Positions 41,259 to 58,470 of a stretch of DNA of 64,000 bases are shown one piece after another. The notes beneath the pieces were generated by a model, which saw only the letters and a program-made list of their open reading frames with translations, searched no databases and was not told where the DNA came from. Origin of the DNA: Octopus vulgaris. Taxonomy: Eukaryota. Where the stretch lies: contig OX597821.1 in NCBI GenBank assembly GCA_951406725.2, positions 115,816,001 to 115,880,000 on the forward strand. Reading direction: 5' to 3'. How positions within the stretch are numbered: the stretch's first letter is position 1; every line of letters begins with the position of its first letter. A program made the position numbers and the translations under genes.

Positions 41259-41637
41259 GCATCTATCATATTTTTAGCAGATTATATACAATAGGTGGGG
41301 TTGTGTAGAGTCGTGCATAGTCGTGCACAGGAAAGTCCAATGGATTGCAGAGAGGTGCACTGTAGTGTAGTTTAACGCGGTATTTAGAGGAATGTAGAGA
41401 ATGTATAGTATAGTCTATTGTACTGTAGTACAATGCAGTACATTGCATGGGTTTGAATGTACCAATTATTATTCATATATTATAATAGCAATTATCATTA
41501 GAAGTACAGGTTAAACTGAGTGTCAAACCAACACATATATTATTAATATACTATGTTCTGCTCGTTTCTATAAAGAGAGTACCAGGCATCTTTATTGCAC
41601 TGCGATACTGTTTCTATAATTTTCTATATATTGGTTT

Positions 41638-41850
41638 CAGATTTTGGCACAAGGCTTGTTATTGTGGATGTGTGTGTTGTGTGTGTGGATGAAAGTCTAC
41701 CCCAGTGCATAACTGGTACTAATTTTATCGAACCCGAAAGGGCGAAAGGCAAAGAAGACTTCAGCTGCATTTGAACTGAAAACGTAAAAACGGAAAAAAC
41801 TCCACTAAGCGTTTTACCGGCGTGCTAACGATTCTACCAGCTCGCAGCCT
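41638..41850 (-). mobile_element. Diverged family A SINE
   Basis: CCCGAAAGGGCGAAAGGCAAAG...GCTAACGATTCTACCAGCTCG. Confidence 0.8.
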
Positions 41851-41901
41851 TATGAGTTTCTATATATTTCCACGCAAGAGAGAGAGAAAGAAAGAAAGAG
41901 A

Positions 41902-41943
<42 letters not shown>

Positions 41944-42849
41944 AACCATCAGCTGTTCCTTGGTTGAGTTCCGTGGAAAGGTGTCAATCCTGTGCAAGCG
42001 AGGTGTCACTCTTATCTCTTAATGTCTTGTGACTTTTCGGTCTCATGAGAATCAAAGGCTAATTCGATTCTGACAAGATGTGGAATATGATCTGTCTAGG
42101 TTCAAATCTAATGGTGAACCACTATCGTGCTTCATACATATATATATATATATATAGGTATATACATGTACAGGCAAACACACACACACGCACACATACA
42201 CACGCGCACACACAAACAGGTACATACGTATATATGTATATGTCTGTATGCCTGTATGCATGTATGTATGTATGTATGTACATATATAAGCAACGTTTCT
42301 TTGAGGCGTGTAATTTTCAATATATAACGGAAGCGACATTTAATATTTTTGCCACTATATGCAAAAATGCACAACTTGCAGCACGTGCACATGCGCGCGT
42401 GTGTTAGAGTGCGTGTGTGCTCGCCCGCGCGTGTGTTAATAACATGGCCGCCATTTGCAATCTCCTATGATTTTGCCTTAAAATGAACTGTGCTTTTCTT
42501 GCATTACCTTTTTTTTTAGGTGCAGCGTAGTTGGGAACGAAGACAGACAACTCTCGAGCCTCAACATTTTAACCCAGCCGAACATCCAAGATTTGAAAGG
42601 CCGTGGGAGAGTAAATTGTGGTCCATACATGTTTAGTACTTTATTGAATCGATTCGAGTTTGACGTCGGGATTTGAACTATGAACGTAAAGAGCCGGAAT
42701 TAAAAATAACAAGGAATTTTGTATGACCATCCAACGATTCTTCAAATTCATGTATGTGCTTTGTGCGCGCGCAGTTATACATGTATGCATATATATATAT
42801 ACACACACGTATAAATACGTATGTTTATATGCATAAGTATATGTATATC

Positions 42850-42883
<34 letters not shown>

Positions 42884-42913
42884 TGTATGTATGTATGTAT
42901 GTATGTATGTATG

Positions 42914-42982
<69 letters not shown>

Positions 42983-42983
42983 A

Positions 42984-43039
<56 letters not shown>

Positions 43040-43442
43040 ATATCTTTTAAAGCAGTATAGTCAGGTTCAGCTAGTTGTTTCAAGCCAATTTTATTATTTT
43101 TCTGTTTAATTTAGGCACTCTACCTTCCAATGTAGTTAAGGTTTATTGTCTTGAAATTGAGGGAATAGTTTCGCATCCTTTCTTGGATTCTTGCATACAT
43201 ACATACATACATACATACATACATACATGGGTGCTGCCGACTCATAGAGGAGTATGGTCGTCACTGACAAATTCTCTTGTCCTAAAGACAATGGCAGTCA
43301 GTTGGCTGTCAGATATAGATTATAGATTTCTAGTCAGAAATATCTATAAAGGCGACAACTATCAGACCAATTTAGACACGTCTTATTGCTGGGCAGATAT
43401 ATCAATAATTGTCTTAATGTTAAAAACCGTGTGCATAATATG

Positions 43443-43474
<32 letters not shown>

Positions 43475-43682
43475 TGTATGTATGTATGTATGTATGTATG
43501 TATGTATGTATATGTATGTATGTATGTATACAAACCACCTTATTGTGCAAAATCTGCAATCTTCCTCATGCTCGATTCTGGACTGCTTGATTTTGAAGGT
43601 GAGAGACTTAGCTGTGTTTTGAATGCTGTTTCTGACTTTAAATCGTATGTATACATACATACACACACACACACACACATAC

Positions 43683-43773
<91 letters not shown>

Positions 43774-43855
43774 GTAAACTCCTTCTATATAATAAATTAA
43801 TTTTACTCTGCTATGTATTGAGTACCTTATTTACTGTGGTTATCAACCCGGGACC

Positions 43856-43943
<88 letters not shown>

Positions 43944-44770
43944 TACATATATATATATATGTATGTATGTATTTGTGTATGTGTCTGTATATCTCTGGAT
44001 CACACACTCACACTCACACGCACACATACAAGTATGTACACAAACATACACTCGTAGTCATGCCTGTGCTTTCATATGCATTCCCATAAACATCATACAG
44101 ATAGATAAGTCATCACTGAATAATAATAGTACTTTGGAGACTCAAAATAGCCCACTTTAATTAACATTAAGTTCGAGGACTTAATGAGAGCTGTCAGTAG
44201 GCTTTGATTCAATAAGATCAATTACCATAGAGCTGCTGGTCACAAGAGGTTTACAAAATAGTTGCATCACACTACCGAAAAGCAAGCCTCGTAGCCTCAC
44301 CGAGCGCTGCTAATTAAGTCCAATGCAAAACAGGGAATAAACTATAATATGACATTACTTGCACATTCATCACCAACATTGAACTTAATTAAACTCTTCG
44401 TACTATTTTAGTGTTTGTTTTTTTCTTCCTCTTTTTGCAACCCAGTTGCAACAAGAATTATCTATAGTATTTAGCTATCAACTGCGTTTAGATTTATGAT
44501 TGCTTAAGCGCCCGCTAATTCCACTTCCACTTCCTCCTTCCCTCCATCCTCCTCCCCTCCTCCCTCCTCCCCTTCCTCCCCTCCTCCCCTTCCTCCCCTC
44601 CTCCTCCCCTCCTCCCCTCCCCTCCCCTCCTCCTCCTCTCCCCCTCCTCCTCCTCCTCTTCACCCATCCCATCCTCCCCCTTCATCTCCCAATATATATA
44701 TATATATATATACACATATATGTACATATGCGTATATATATAAATATACATATACGTATACACACACACG

Positions 44771-44810
<40 letters not shown>

Positions 44811-44894
44811 CAAACATATATATATGCATATATATACATATATATATGTATGCATGCATATATATATTCGTGTGTGCTTACATACCTACGTGCG

Positions 44895-44935
<41 letters not shown>

Positions 44936-45539
44936 ATGTAACTGTGTATGTATGTTCGAATGTATGTATATATGTATATGTGCTGTAGGTTTTTGCTCGT
45001 CTAATCTAAAATACATCTAAAAGATTAGAATGTATTATGTTAGTAAAAATGGCAGCGCATCGTTCGTGAATGGCTTTAGTCATATAAGCCACAGATATGT
45101 GATGTGATAATGTTCGCATTTATAAACTATTTGTAGACATATTAAAACAAAAAACAGCAACTTTGTCTCTCAGTCTTTCCTTTTCTCTGATTAAACCCGT
45201 TATCTGAAATGTATTCAGCTCAGTGCAATAGCATTGGTCATCGAATCGTTAAGGTTCAAATCAAAGTAACTCGGCAACAATACTTTTCTGTAGTAAAACA
45301 AAATTTACATTCATTGTTGATTCAGTTCCTAACTATATCTCCGGATATCATAAACCAGCACACAATAAACTATTAAAAATATAAAACATAGTTGTGGCTG
45401 TGTGGTAAGAAGTTTGCTTCCCAACCACGCGGTTCCATGTTCTTCGTTTCCAATCTGTGGGATCATGGGGACTATTATCTTGCTTGGAGAAAAATGGGGT
45501 TTGGCAACGAGAAAGCCCTGTCCTCATAGCCACGTTCTT

Positions 45540-46326
45540 CTCACTTTTATCTTGCTGCCATGCTCCATGAAATTTCCCCAGAACAAACCAGGCATAGAAA
45601 TCAAGTAGCGTTTTGATGGGGGACTTTTTAATCTATCAAGACTCTGCTCTCAGCATCACACCAGCTCTATCAAAGTAAATGTAATGCAGTATGCAGATGA
45701 CAACACTGCCCCTGTTCACTCACCTGGTGGTTTACAACAATCTGTCAACAATTTCTGCACGGCATATTCCCAGTTTGGTCTACCAGTTAACAATGGCAAA
45801 ACCAAAATCGTTGTACATTGTAGGTCGAATCATTGTAGGTCGAATGGGGAAACTATGTTCAAGTAGTATGTTGACATACAAAAGAGAGCGGGACAAATTA
45901 GAATGATGGCAACAATCACCAAGCACTTCCTCATATGGACAGGCCACAAGGCTCGCATGGGTGGCGGGCAACAGATTCCCATGGATTTTCCTATTCGGAT
46001 AACTGAACAATGGGAGACTCCCTTGTGAATGCCCCCTGCGATGCTGCAAAGACTAATTGAAGGAAACTCTGAATAGTGCCGAGAAATGACAGCCAACCGA
46101 CACATTGTTTGGCGTAATTTGGCCGAAGAAGGAATGTCCCATCTTGAAGAAAACTGGAAGAACGGACATCAGAATGAAACGACAATGTAAGAAAGAGAAA
46201 CTCAACACCAACCAACACCTATAATCCAGAGTAACAATCGGGTTTAGTAGCCATCAAAAAGGCCATTGTCCCCTACAGGACAAATGAACCCTCTCCACAC
46301 TCCGGACTGAAATGTACTAAATACTC

Positions 46327-46330
<4 letters not shown>
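45540..46330 (+). mobile_element. Decayed RTE-clade LINE
   Basis: RFDGGLFNLSRL...MQYADD...FGLPVNNGKTK; WTGHKARM; followed by (GAT)n. Confidence 0.85.
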
Positions 46331-46360
<30 letters not shown>

Positions 46361-46368
46361 AATGATGA

Positions 46369-46400
<32 letters not shown>

Positions 46401-46435
46401 ATGATGATGATGATGATGATGATAATAATAATAAT

Positions 46436-46959
46436 GCAGTACCAGACAGTGTCTCTCATGGCTTCTGATCTTAACTGATTGGAAGTGTTATCATGCACAT
46501 TGTTTTGTCTTGGTATAAAAAGCTGGGCTGCAGCAAATATTCTGCTCAATACCACAGATTTGCTTGTCAGTCGTTTGACCGTAACCAGTTGGCCATGTCC
46601 CTTGGTGGCTGACGATATGTGCATCTCTGATCACGAGCAGAAGTAGTGGGGAGGTATCACGGCCATATGACGTGAGACATTCTATGGGGTTTAAATAATT
46701 CACATCTAGAAACATGGGTGTTTTGTTCATCATCCTCAAACGAACCTTATTCAGGGACCTTTTGAGCACGATGGGCTACTCAACCTGAAGAAAATTCTAA
46801 CTGGGCCCCACCTGCAAGCTCATGCGCTGTTTAACTTGATAAGAGATCACCATGTCACGTACATATGGTTGTGATGCATGTTCCTGGTGTACTCTTATCA
46901 GACGGGTAGTCATGATGGGTATATTGGTTACTTTGATGGCACGCGCTACTCTCTCACTC
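46436..46959 (+). mobile_element. Non-coding retroposon segment inserted in (TAA)n (Dong/R4-like behaviour)
   Basis: Shares its 3' end with the shorter copy at 51286-51505; both lie in AAT repeats. Confidence 0.7.
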
Positions 46960-47002
46960 AATAATAATAATAATAATAGTAGTAGTAGTAGTAGTAGTAG
47001 TA

Positions 47003-48370
<1,368 letters not shown>

Positions 48371-48614
48371 GGTCACTGGACCGTCAATAAATATTTAATT
48401 AAATATTTAAATCTGCACCCGATAACGATCAGACAGAGAATGAAACTAGTGTAGTGTGAACTATTCTATAAAAATATATAAAAATCTACACTCGTATTTT
48501 GTATTGAGTACTACATCAACTGCGATTGAATGTGTTTCAAAGAACCGTAGAGAAAAATATAAGTGCGTGTGTGTATAAATATATATACACATATATACAT
48601 GTATATATATATGC

Positions 48615-48661
<47 letters not shown>

Positions 48662-48690
48662 TATATGTATATACACACATATATATACTC

Positions 48691-48725
<35 letters not shown>

Positions 48726-48941
48726 TACATACATGTATGATGCATGTATGTATATATACATATACCTATTTGTGTCCATGTGCACGAATGCACAAAAAAT
48801 ATTGTATAAATATATACACACAATACATACATATATGTATATATTTATGTATGCATGCGTGCGTATGTATGTATGCAATTCTGTATGCTTGTATATAAAA
48901 GCAGGCTTGTTTGTGTGTATAAATAAGCTTGTGCGTGCGTA

Positions 48942-48986
<45 letters not shown>

Positions 48987-49357
48987 AGGGGAGAGTGAAG
49001 GAGAGTGAGGGAGAGAGAGAAGAAGAGAGCGAGAGAGAGAGAGAAGGAGAAAGAGGGAGAGAGAGCGTGAAAATTTCAGTTTAATCTCATGTTCAGTCGT
49101 TAATACTTCGGTGCAATAAGCGTTGCACTACTTGTCTTGGATAACAATTGAAATTCCCATCCCACATCAGCCACTGGGAATATTCTGAATCCCAGCGCAT
49201 CTGCAGTTTACGTATTTTGTCTTCGACTTGATTAGGTCGCAAAATCTCTTCATTATAATATCTTTTCTAATATGAAGCACAAGTCCGTCACGTTTTGGAG
49301 AGGATCATAACCAGACAATGAGATCAACCTATCTGGCTTGTACTTATATCTATAAGT

Positions 49358-49420
<63 letters not shown>

Positions 49421-49421
49421 C

Positions 49422-49468
<47 letters not shown>

Positions 49469-49909
49469 ATTGTGAGGATATAGATTCTTCTTAAAAGGGA
49501 TGTTCACATCTCCGATTTAATTGTATATATCGATGAAATTCTCAGGAGTCCTGCTTTACGTAGTAATGTTGGTGTTCATTATTTAATAGGCACAATATTA
49601 AACAATTACGGAGTTCAGGAACTGTTTATAGATGTTTGTTTCACTTCGATATATATATATATATAGGTATAATTTAATATAGTATTTGATAAAGAAGAAA
49701 ATGGAGAGTTTTAACAGATAATCATCAATTTATTAACATATTGTCAATTTACACTTGTCTACAATTGTCTCTATATCCAATCTCATTCAAATTACAAATT
49801 TTTAAATTAAAATTACATTTTGAAAATTGGTAGGCGAAAGATTAACACAAAAAGAAACTACGTCTTCATTGAGTGTACCGCGCAATTTTCAAAATTTTAT
49901 ATGTATATA

Positions 49910-50297
<388 letters not shown>

Positions 50298-50333
50298 TAC
50301 ATACATAGATACATAAATACATACATACATACA

Positions 50334-50365
<32 letters not shown>

Positions 50366-50391
50366 CACACACACATATTTATAACATATAT

Positions 50392-50708
50392 GACAAGAAT
50401 TAGAATAGAAAAAATCACATCTTTAATTGATAATTACATCATATATTACCGACAATCGTTTGCATTGTGCCAGCATATTTAGATACAGAAAGAAGTCAAA
50501 TTAATGTATCTGAAAAGATATGCTAGCATAACATTATCAAGGCAATGCGAAACGGGCTAAATTTGAAGTGAATTTACAAAATGACTCCAATAGACGAACG
50601 CACACAAGAAGAATGTTGAGAAGAAATATAACAGAAACGATTGTCGGTAATGCAAGGTGTTATGATAACTTAAAAGATGTGATTTTCTCCATTCTTATAT
50701 TTGTTGTC
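50392..50708. repeat. Imperfect inverted repeat with hammerhead-like 3' half
   Basis: ATTACCGACAATCGTTT / AAACGATTGTCGGTAAT; GAAACGATTGTC. Confidence 0.6.
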
Positions 50709-50945
50709 TAATACACGGAATTTCTTGAAATTCTTCTGAGCGATATTTGAATTTACTTGTCATACACGACGAATGACCTTGAATGTTAAATCCACTTGAA
50801 TTTATTAGTATCTGATTGTTTGATAGAGTTAACCAAATTCCTTTAACACTGAGTGCTTTATAAATAGCTGACTGGATTTATCAATCCTTTTTACTTCTTA
50901 TATATATCCTTTTTACTTCTTATATATATATATATATATATATAT

Positions 50946-51212
50946 TTGAACTCAGAACGCAAAGACGGACGAAATACCTATTTCTTTACTATCCACAAGG
51001 GACTAAACACAGAGAGGACAAACAAGGACAGACAAACAGATTAAGTCGATTATATCGACGCCAGTGCATAACTGGTACTTATTTAATCGACCTCGAAAGG
51101 ATGAAAGGCAAAGTCGACCTCGGCGGAATTTGAACTCAGGACGGTAACGGCAGACGAAACACTGCTAAGCATTTCGCCCGGCGTGCTAACGATTCTGCCA
51201 GCTTGCTCGCCA
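50946..51212 (-). mobile_element. Family A SINE plus adjacent fragment
   Basis: Reverse complement of the 7516 copy. Confidence 0.9.
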
Positions 51213-51215
51213 CCC

Positions 51216-51285
<70 letters not shown>

Positions 51286-51505
51286 TGAGCGGGATGGGCT
51301 ACTCAACCTGAAGAAAATTCTAACTGGGCCCCACCTGCAAGGTCATGTGCTGTTTATCTTGATATGAGATCACCATGTCGCGCACATATGGTTGTGATGC
51401 ATGTGCCTGGTGTACCTTTATCAGACGGGTAGTCATGATGGGTATATTGGGCTTCGTATATTTGAACCCAGTGTCACTTTGATGGCATGCACTGCTCTCT
51501 CATTC
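51286..51505 (+). mobile_element. 5'-truncated copy of the (TAA)n-targeting element
   Basis: Aligns to 46762-46959; (TAA)n on both sides. Confidence 0.75.
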
Positions 51506-51573
<68 letters not shown>

Positions 51574-51859
51574 TAACAATAATAATAATAATAATAATAA
51601 TAATGAGCTTATTGTATGCAGTGCTCCGGTGTCTATATGTGAAAGATTTAAAGCTTGAACGTCTCTAGCAGCAATATCGTTTGGTTGTTTCCAAGACATA
51701 CGGAACTTTAGAAAGAATTTGTAAGAACTTCTTGCAACTTGCTTGCTTTTGCTTGCTTTTGTATCGTTGCGAAAATTTATATATTGCTAGATGTAAACAT
51801 TTTATGAATAACTCCTCCTCTCCCTCATCCTCTCATCCATCCCTCCCTCCCTCCTCCTA

Positions 51860-51935
51860 CCACCACCACCACCAAAACCACCACCACCAAGACCACCAGC
51901 ACCAGCACCAGCAGCAGCACCACCACCGCCATCAC

Positions 51936-51972
<37 letters not shown>

Positions 51973-52057
51973 ACCACCATCACCACAACTACTACTACTG
52001 CGGCTGCTGCTGCTACTGCTGCTACTGCTGCTACTGCTGCTACTGCTGCTACTGCTG

Positions 52058-52104
<47 letters not shown>
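51860..52104. repeat. Graded trinucleotide array CAC/CAG/CGC/CTG/CTA
   Basis: Direct reading. Confidence 0.9.
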
Positions 52105-54050
52105 GAATTTCAGTAAATATTATTGTATATTTGATAATACATGTGTATGATTATGTATTCATATGCATGGGCCAACATGAATGCATGTGCGCAGGCGTGT
52201 TTGAGTACACACACACACACACACATATTCATACTTCCCGTCAACCGACTGGATTCGCCAGCCTTGTGTGGTTGCTAGATGGCTTAGCGTGTATTTATCA
52301 TTGAAGAACTCTGCATGTCTTGATGTAATTGTTTACTGTGAGCTAGTCTGGGGCATTGTTGATGCGTGTGGCTTAACAGACACACAACGCCCTATGTAAA
52401 TAGAACACCCCCTGTCCGCCCCATCCCTCGGGGTTCATCTCTGCACTCATTTCATTTTCTCAGCAAATTAAACCGGCAGCTATTCTATTACGTGTCCCAA
52501 TTCCTTCTCTAAGTTCCATAGTCTCCCAAGCCCCGAGTTCATGATTACTAATGAAGAATGCACCAGGACAATGCACGACTATCACTTGCTTGTCCTTTTA
52601 ACTTGATATATCTGCCATTCCTCTTGAATACAAAACAGGAATTTCATCAATATTAGCAAATCTCTCAGAAAAACGTCTTTGGTGGTGGATAAAATGAGTT
52701 TTCTTAGTTTGAACCAGCATCCCCACCTATTCCCAGCTGCTTCGCTAACGAGTAGTTAAGTTAAATAATAATATTTTCTCTAAACTTGATATTACTGTCC
52801 TACAACAGACAAGTTTGGAAAATTCTAAATATTTAAGCTATAGAATTCATAGCAATAGAAGAAACAAGGTAATTATTTATTTACTTTTCAATGGTAAATT
52901 TTCATTTATCCTATGCAAGTTTTACAAATATCTAAAGAGAATCCTTGACTTCTTCTTCATGATAAATACTCGTGCACGAGTAACGTTTATGACATTTGAG
53001 AGCCTCTGTGAAGTTACCTTCAATTTGTGTCATTTGTTACTTAGTTAAATATTTGAAAAAAAAAAAAAAAAAAAATTCTAAATTTCATGAGATGCTGTAT
53101 GCTCAGATGTCAAATTTTCTGTCACCAAAATTCAGTTACATTTGCAGATGGACAGCAAGTATAGGCTGCATGAAAGGATCTGTTCTACTTTGATGATAGC
53201 GACTCTCGGTCAGTACAGAGAATCTGGAAGTAGAGATGATTCGAAACGAGCACCGTATAATTTTTTTGAATTCTCCTGAACATTATTTCTCCTCTCCTTC
53301 CAATCAATTTACTCTAATCAGTGTTATGGTGGCACACGAGGTGCTTTTATTAGTTTTCTGACAATATATCCCCTCATTAAGATTTCTGAGATGGGATCAT
53401 CATTGCATCAGTCTAATACACTCAAGGGGAATAAGTACAGTGATGAATATTTATTAGAGCCTAAATTCTTGTGTTTATTATTGACCACGCATTGTTTATA
53501 CTGTTCCTGTATATTAGCTCGGATTTAAAGGTAAAAAAATGCAATAGAAAACACCAAAAACAAAAGTCAAAAACAAAGCAAAACGAACTGTTTTTCCCAA
53601 AAGAGGAAAACAATTATTTCAATAATGACTTCATTGCATCACATATTAAAACCAGAAAGCCACAGACATGTATGTTATGAATGTGGTTTAATATCTAACA
53701 GAATATCTCAAGGCAATGAGTTGACTGAACCGTTAGAACACCAAAAAGAAATTCTTAGCGGCATTTCGACCGTCTTTACATTCAAAAACTGCTGAGGTCG
53801 ACTTTCACTGGGGTTCGATGTAATCAACGAGCCCCTCCACCCAGCAATTACAGGGACTTGTGCCTATAGCAGAAAGAAATATTTAACAGAAGATATCAGT
53901 TGTTATATTTGCGTCCACAATTTATATAAAGAAAGGTTATTTTCTCAGTAGGATTCAAATGAATTTACTATACGTATACATGCATACATACACACACACA
54001 CACACATACATACATACATACATACATACATACATACATACATACATACA

Positions 54051-54084
<34 letters not shown>

Positions 54085-54180
54085 GGGGGGTGGAGAAATC
54101 ATAAAAAAGACAAAAGACGAAGACAGGTGGCGTAGACAACAAACAGATGTATTAGTTTAACGCTCGGGAAGTGAAAAAGT

Positions 54181-54216
54181 CTTTAACGTTTCGAGCCTAC
54201 GTTCTTCTGCAGAAAG
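54181..54216 (-). ncRNA. Minimal hammerhead-like motif (A6C) in TA-associated element 54083-54238
   Basis: Minus strand CTTT-CTGCAGA-A-GAAC-GTAG-GCTC-GAAA-CG-TT-AAAG. Confidence 0.5.
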
Positions 54217-54243
54217 GAATACTGAAAGAAACAGATTATACAT

Positions 54244-54278
<35 letters not shown>

Positions 54279-54301
54279 CATACATACATATACATACATA
54301 C

Positions 54302-54336
<35 letters not shown>

Positions 54337-54337
54337 T

Positions 54338-54679
54338 TGCCATCCGCCCAAAACAAAAATCGCACTCTCATCTCATAACAACAATACGGCACAATTATTT
54401 CACCTCAATTGGCCCCGCTCTCTTTAACATTACACCAAAACACATTAAAACAGAAACTGACCCTATAGGGTTCAAGAAGTCTTTGGACAGATTCCTTCAA
54501 GAAATCCCGGATAAACCCCCTACACCCGGATATGTCTCTGTAAACAATAACTCTCTACTTGAGTGGGCCATAGTGCCCAAATTCTGACTTGAAAGACTTC
54601 ACCAGGTGGTGCTATTAAGTTAGACATGGCCTGGGCCAATAATGGCCGAAACCTATCAAAGTATCAAAGTATCAAAGTA
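54338..54679 (+). mobile_element. 5'-truncated CR1-like LINE in (TA)n
   Basis: Open frame NYFTSIGPALFNITPKHIK...FKKSLDRFLQEIPDKPPTPGY...NSLLEW; (TATCAAAG)3 tail. Confidence 0.85.
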
Positions 54680-54781
54680 TATATATATATATATATATGT
54701 TTATATTTATATGTAAATATATATATATATATATATATATTTATACATATATATATGTATATATCTATATGTATATATCTA

Positions 54782-54853
<72 letters not shown>

Positions 54854-55248
54854 GATTGCAGAATTTAATGCATGAAAGTACTAGTTCAATCAGAATGAAC
54901 ATTTACCATTCTATTATTTTATTTTATTTTATTTTATTTTATTTTATTATATTATATTATCTTATATCATTATAAGATTGTAAATAAAACGTGAAAATCA
55001 GACAAGGTTGGAATTCCTTTTATTAATATATATATATATATATGTATACATATATATGTATATGTACATGTATAGTTATGCATATATACATAAATATACA
55101 TGTGCATGTGTACTTGAATATATATTAAAATCACGATAAGGAAAGTGAACGGCCATATCACATATGAACAGTTGTAAAGTTTGAGAGTTTTCTATGCAAT
55201 GACTTCCATTGTAAACGGGATAAACTGAAGTATGTGCTAGCAGTTATG

Positions 55249-55281
<33 letters not shown>

Positions 55282-55920
55282 ATGTGTGTGTGTGTGTGTG
55301 TGTGCTTGTGTGTGTGTGTGTGTTTTGCACACGTACGCATGAAATAGATCATTCGACTTATGACGCTTGCATTCCCCGTTAAACAAATGCAAACAATTCT
55401 TCAGAACAATTCCGAGAGCCATAACCAACGGCATAAGATGGCTTTATAACCCTTATATCCGTTCAATATTTGTTCTGTTAATGGCACAATTTATTTCTGC
55501 TCACTTCTAATTACACGGATCAAAAAGGAAATGGTGCAGCGGTTGTGGAGGGAGTTGATAACAAATGATGCGTGTGAGTGTTGCCAACAAATAACAGAGT
55601 ATTCAGTACAGCATCATTTATGATAAATAACAGTTGTCACCACATATATAAGCAGTCATATCACCGATACTGTGAGTGGCGGCTGGTTAAATCGTTACAC
55701 CACATACCTATCAGCTGCTCAGTCATTGGTTCGAATCTCGCAAGTCAATACTGCACTGAATCTCCGGAAAAGACCCTCCCCTGCATTTTATGCATAGTAA
55801 ATCAGACTAGCACCTCTGTATAACTATTCTGTTAGTTTGCAATGAAAGATAGAAATTGTCTCATTAGCAGACGTGTTTAAATTATTTTGAATATAATAAT
55901 AAGATATAATAAATATATTT

Positions 55921-56156
55921 GTGGAGGCGCAATGGCCTAGTGGTTAGGGCAGCGGACTTGCGGTCGGAGGATCGCGGTTTCGATTCCCAGACTGGGCGTT
56001 GTGTGTGTTTATTGAGCGAAAAAAACACCTAAAGCTCCACGAGGCTCCTGCAGGAGGTGGTGATCCCTGCTGTACTCTTTCACCACTCTAAAGGCGGTGC
56101 TCCAGCATGGCCGCAGTCGAAATGACTGAAACAAGTACAAAAAAAAAAAAAAAAAA
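55921..56156 (+). mobile_element. Chimeric SINE: family C head plus family B tail and poly(A)
   Basis: GTGGAGGCGCAATGG head; CTAAAGGCGGTGCTCCAGCATGGCCGCAGTC...GACTGAAACAAGT tail. Confidence 0.85.
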
Positions 56157-56167
56157 TTATAATAATG

Positions 56168-57039
56168 AAGCTCATTAACCTAATGATTATTTTATGACAA
56201 AAGTAGAAACAAAAAAAAAAAGATTGTAAAAGTTTCTTTTAACTATTATTCATACATTTTGGTTCCCATTTGCATTTAAGATATTATATTTATTATATAT
56301 TGGATACTTTTAAATTGTTTCTTATAGACATTACGCATAGTCTTCTAGTTCACTTCAAGCTCAGGTTGGTAGGTAGGTATGTACGTATGCATGCGTTAAC
56401 GTATATGCATTTCTGATTTTTATCAGAAATTTTGGTTCAGTCATTCAAAGTAATGAAACATTTAGAGACTTGACCTCGGTGGAATTTGAACTTAAAACGT
56501 AAAGACTGACGAAACGCCTCAAAATAGTCAGGCCCGGGGCGCTAACGATTCTGCTGGCTCGTCGCCCTAATGTGTTATCTAATATTAGTGCAGTAATTTA
56601 AGGCGGCAGGATGACAGGATCGTTAGCACCCCCGGGCAAAACGCTTAACAGCATTTCGTCCGTCTTTATGTTCTGGTTTCCAATCTCGCCGGGGTCGACT
56701 TTGCCTTTCATTCTTTCGGGTTCTATAAAATAAGTACTAGATGACCACCGAGGTTGATGTAATCGACCAAATTTGGAACTAATGTTAATACTGTGAATGG
56801 AGCGAATTTTTTATAACCGTAATCGAAAATTGAAGAAAGCGCTTGCCAAATTCGAATTAAGACTTGATAAGAAAATCGAAGTTCAAAGGTCTGCGTTCAT
56901 TAATTATTATAGTTGTTAAAGCTCATTAATCAAATGTTTATTTTATGACAAAAGTGGGAACAAAAAAAAAAAAAAGATTGTAAAAGTTTCTTTTAACTGT
57001 TATTCATACATTTTGATTCCCATTTGCATTTAAGATATT
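56168..57039. repeat. ~120-bp direct repeats (56168-56285, 56919-57039) enclosing a head-to-head pair of family A SINEs
   Basis: AAGCTCATTAA...GCATTTAAGATATT twice; SINEs at ~56468-56568 (-) and ~56601-56768 (+). Confidence 0.85.
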
Positions 57040-57178
57040 TCAAAACTGATAACTTCGGATGTTTTTCTCATGGTGGATGTAAAGTTCTTAGTTGGTCCAT
57101 TTTCAGGAAGAGGGTAAGCAAGGATCTACCAGTCGATTGTGAAAGTGTGAGTGAAGGAAAGAGAGGGACGGAAGGGAG

Positions 57179-57266
<88 letters not shown>

Positions 57267-57677
57267 TAACCCAACCCTTGAGTAATACTCTTTATCGACA
57301 CCAGAAGGACGAAAGACAAAGTTGACTTCTGCGAGATTTGAACACAGAATACAAAAAGCTAGAACAATTCCCGCAAGGCATTTCTATGAGGCTCTAAACA
57401 TTTTGTCAATCTACTGTCTTTGGGTTATCTAGAACTTTCCGATGCCAACATCTCTAATCTATATAATCTGCTCAAGTCAGTGGCTTAAGTCACTGCTGTT
57501 ATATGGCTTAAGTGGCTCTTGTTATTATTGCGTGCACAGGACGGGTTTAAGTCCTAAACCTAACATGATGACCTACAGATCTCCGGGTCAAATTATTAAA
57601 TAATACTTAATAATTTACTTAATATCGTTGTTCTGAACTGATTCTCTTCCAAAATGAATGCATGTGTGTTTCTGAAC

Positions 57678-57787
<110 letters not shown>

Positions 57788-58033
57788 GCACGCACACATA
57801 CGCATACACACATATATTTATATATGTCTATATATGTGAATATAAATATTTAAATATATGTACGCACACATACGTGTATGTGTATATATATATATATATG
57901 TATATATACACATATACATATCTATATAGTATATATATATGTATTTATATGTATATACATATATTTTTTATTCTTTTATTTGTTTCAGTCATTTGACTGC
58001 GGCTATGCTGGAACACTACCTTTATATACATTA

Positions 58034-58077
<44 letters not shown>

Positions 58078-58285
58078 TGCACACACACACACACACATAT
58101 CATTTATGAGTTAAGCAGACTACTAATAGCTTCATGTTGTGGGAAATATCTGTTATCATGAAACCAATGTTAGACTGGTTATCCTATGAGTAAAGGATAT
58201 TTATCTACCAATGTGGTTGAGCACTCATTTTCATTGTTCCATATTAATGTATATATATATTTTCATTGTTCGATATTAATGTATG

Positions 58286-58379
<94 letters not shown>

Positions 58380-58470
58380 CCCCTCGTGTGTGACCCTTCT
58401 GTTTGGCACTCGCCATGATAGATCGTTAGCCACTACGCACATTTTTTTCTCTCCTTGTTTTTTCTGTGTC

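Noticed and set aside
51681-52106. His/Arg/Cys-rich 141-aa ORF
   Set aside because: Entirely graded trinucleotide repeats with no splice or domain support
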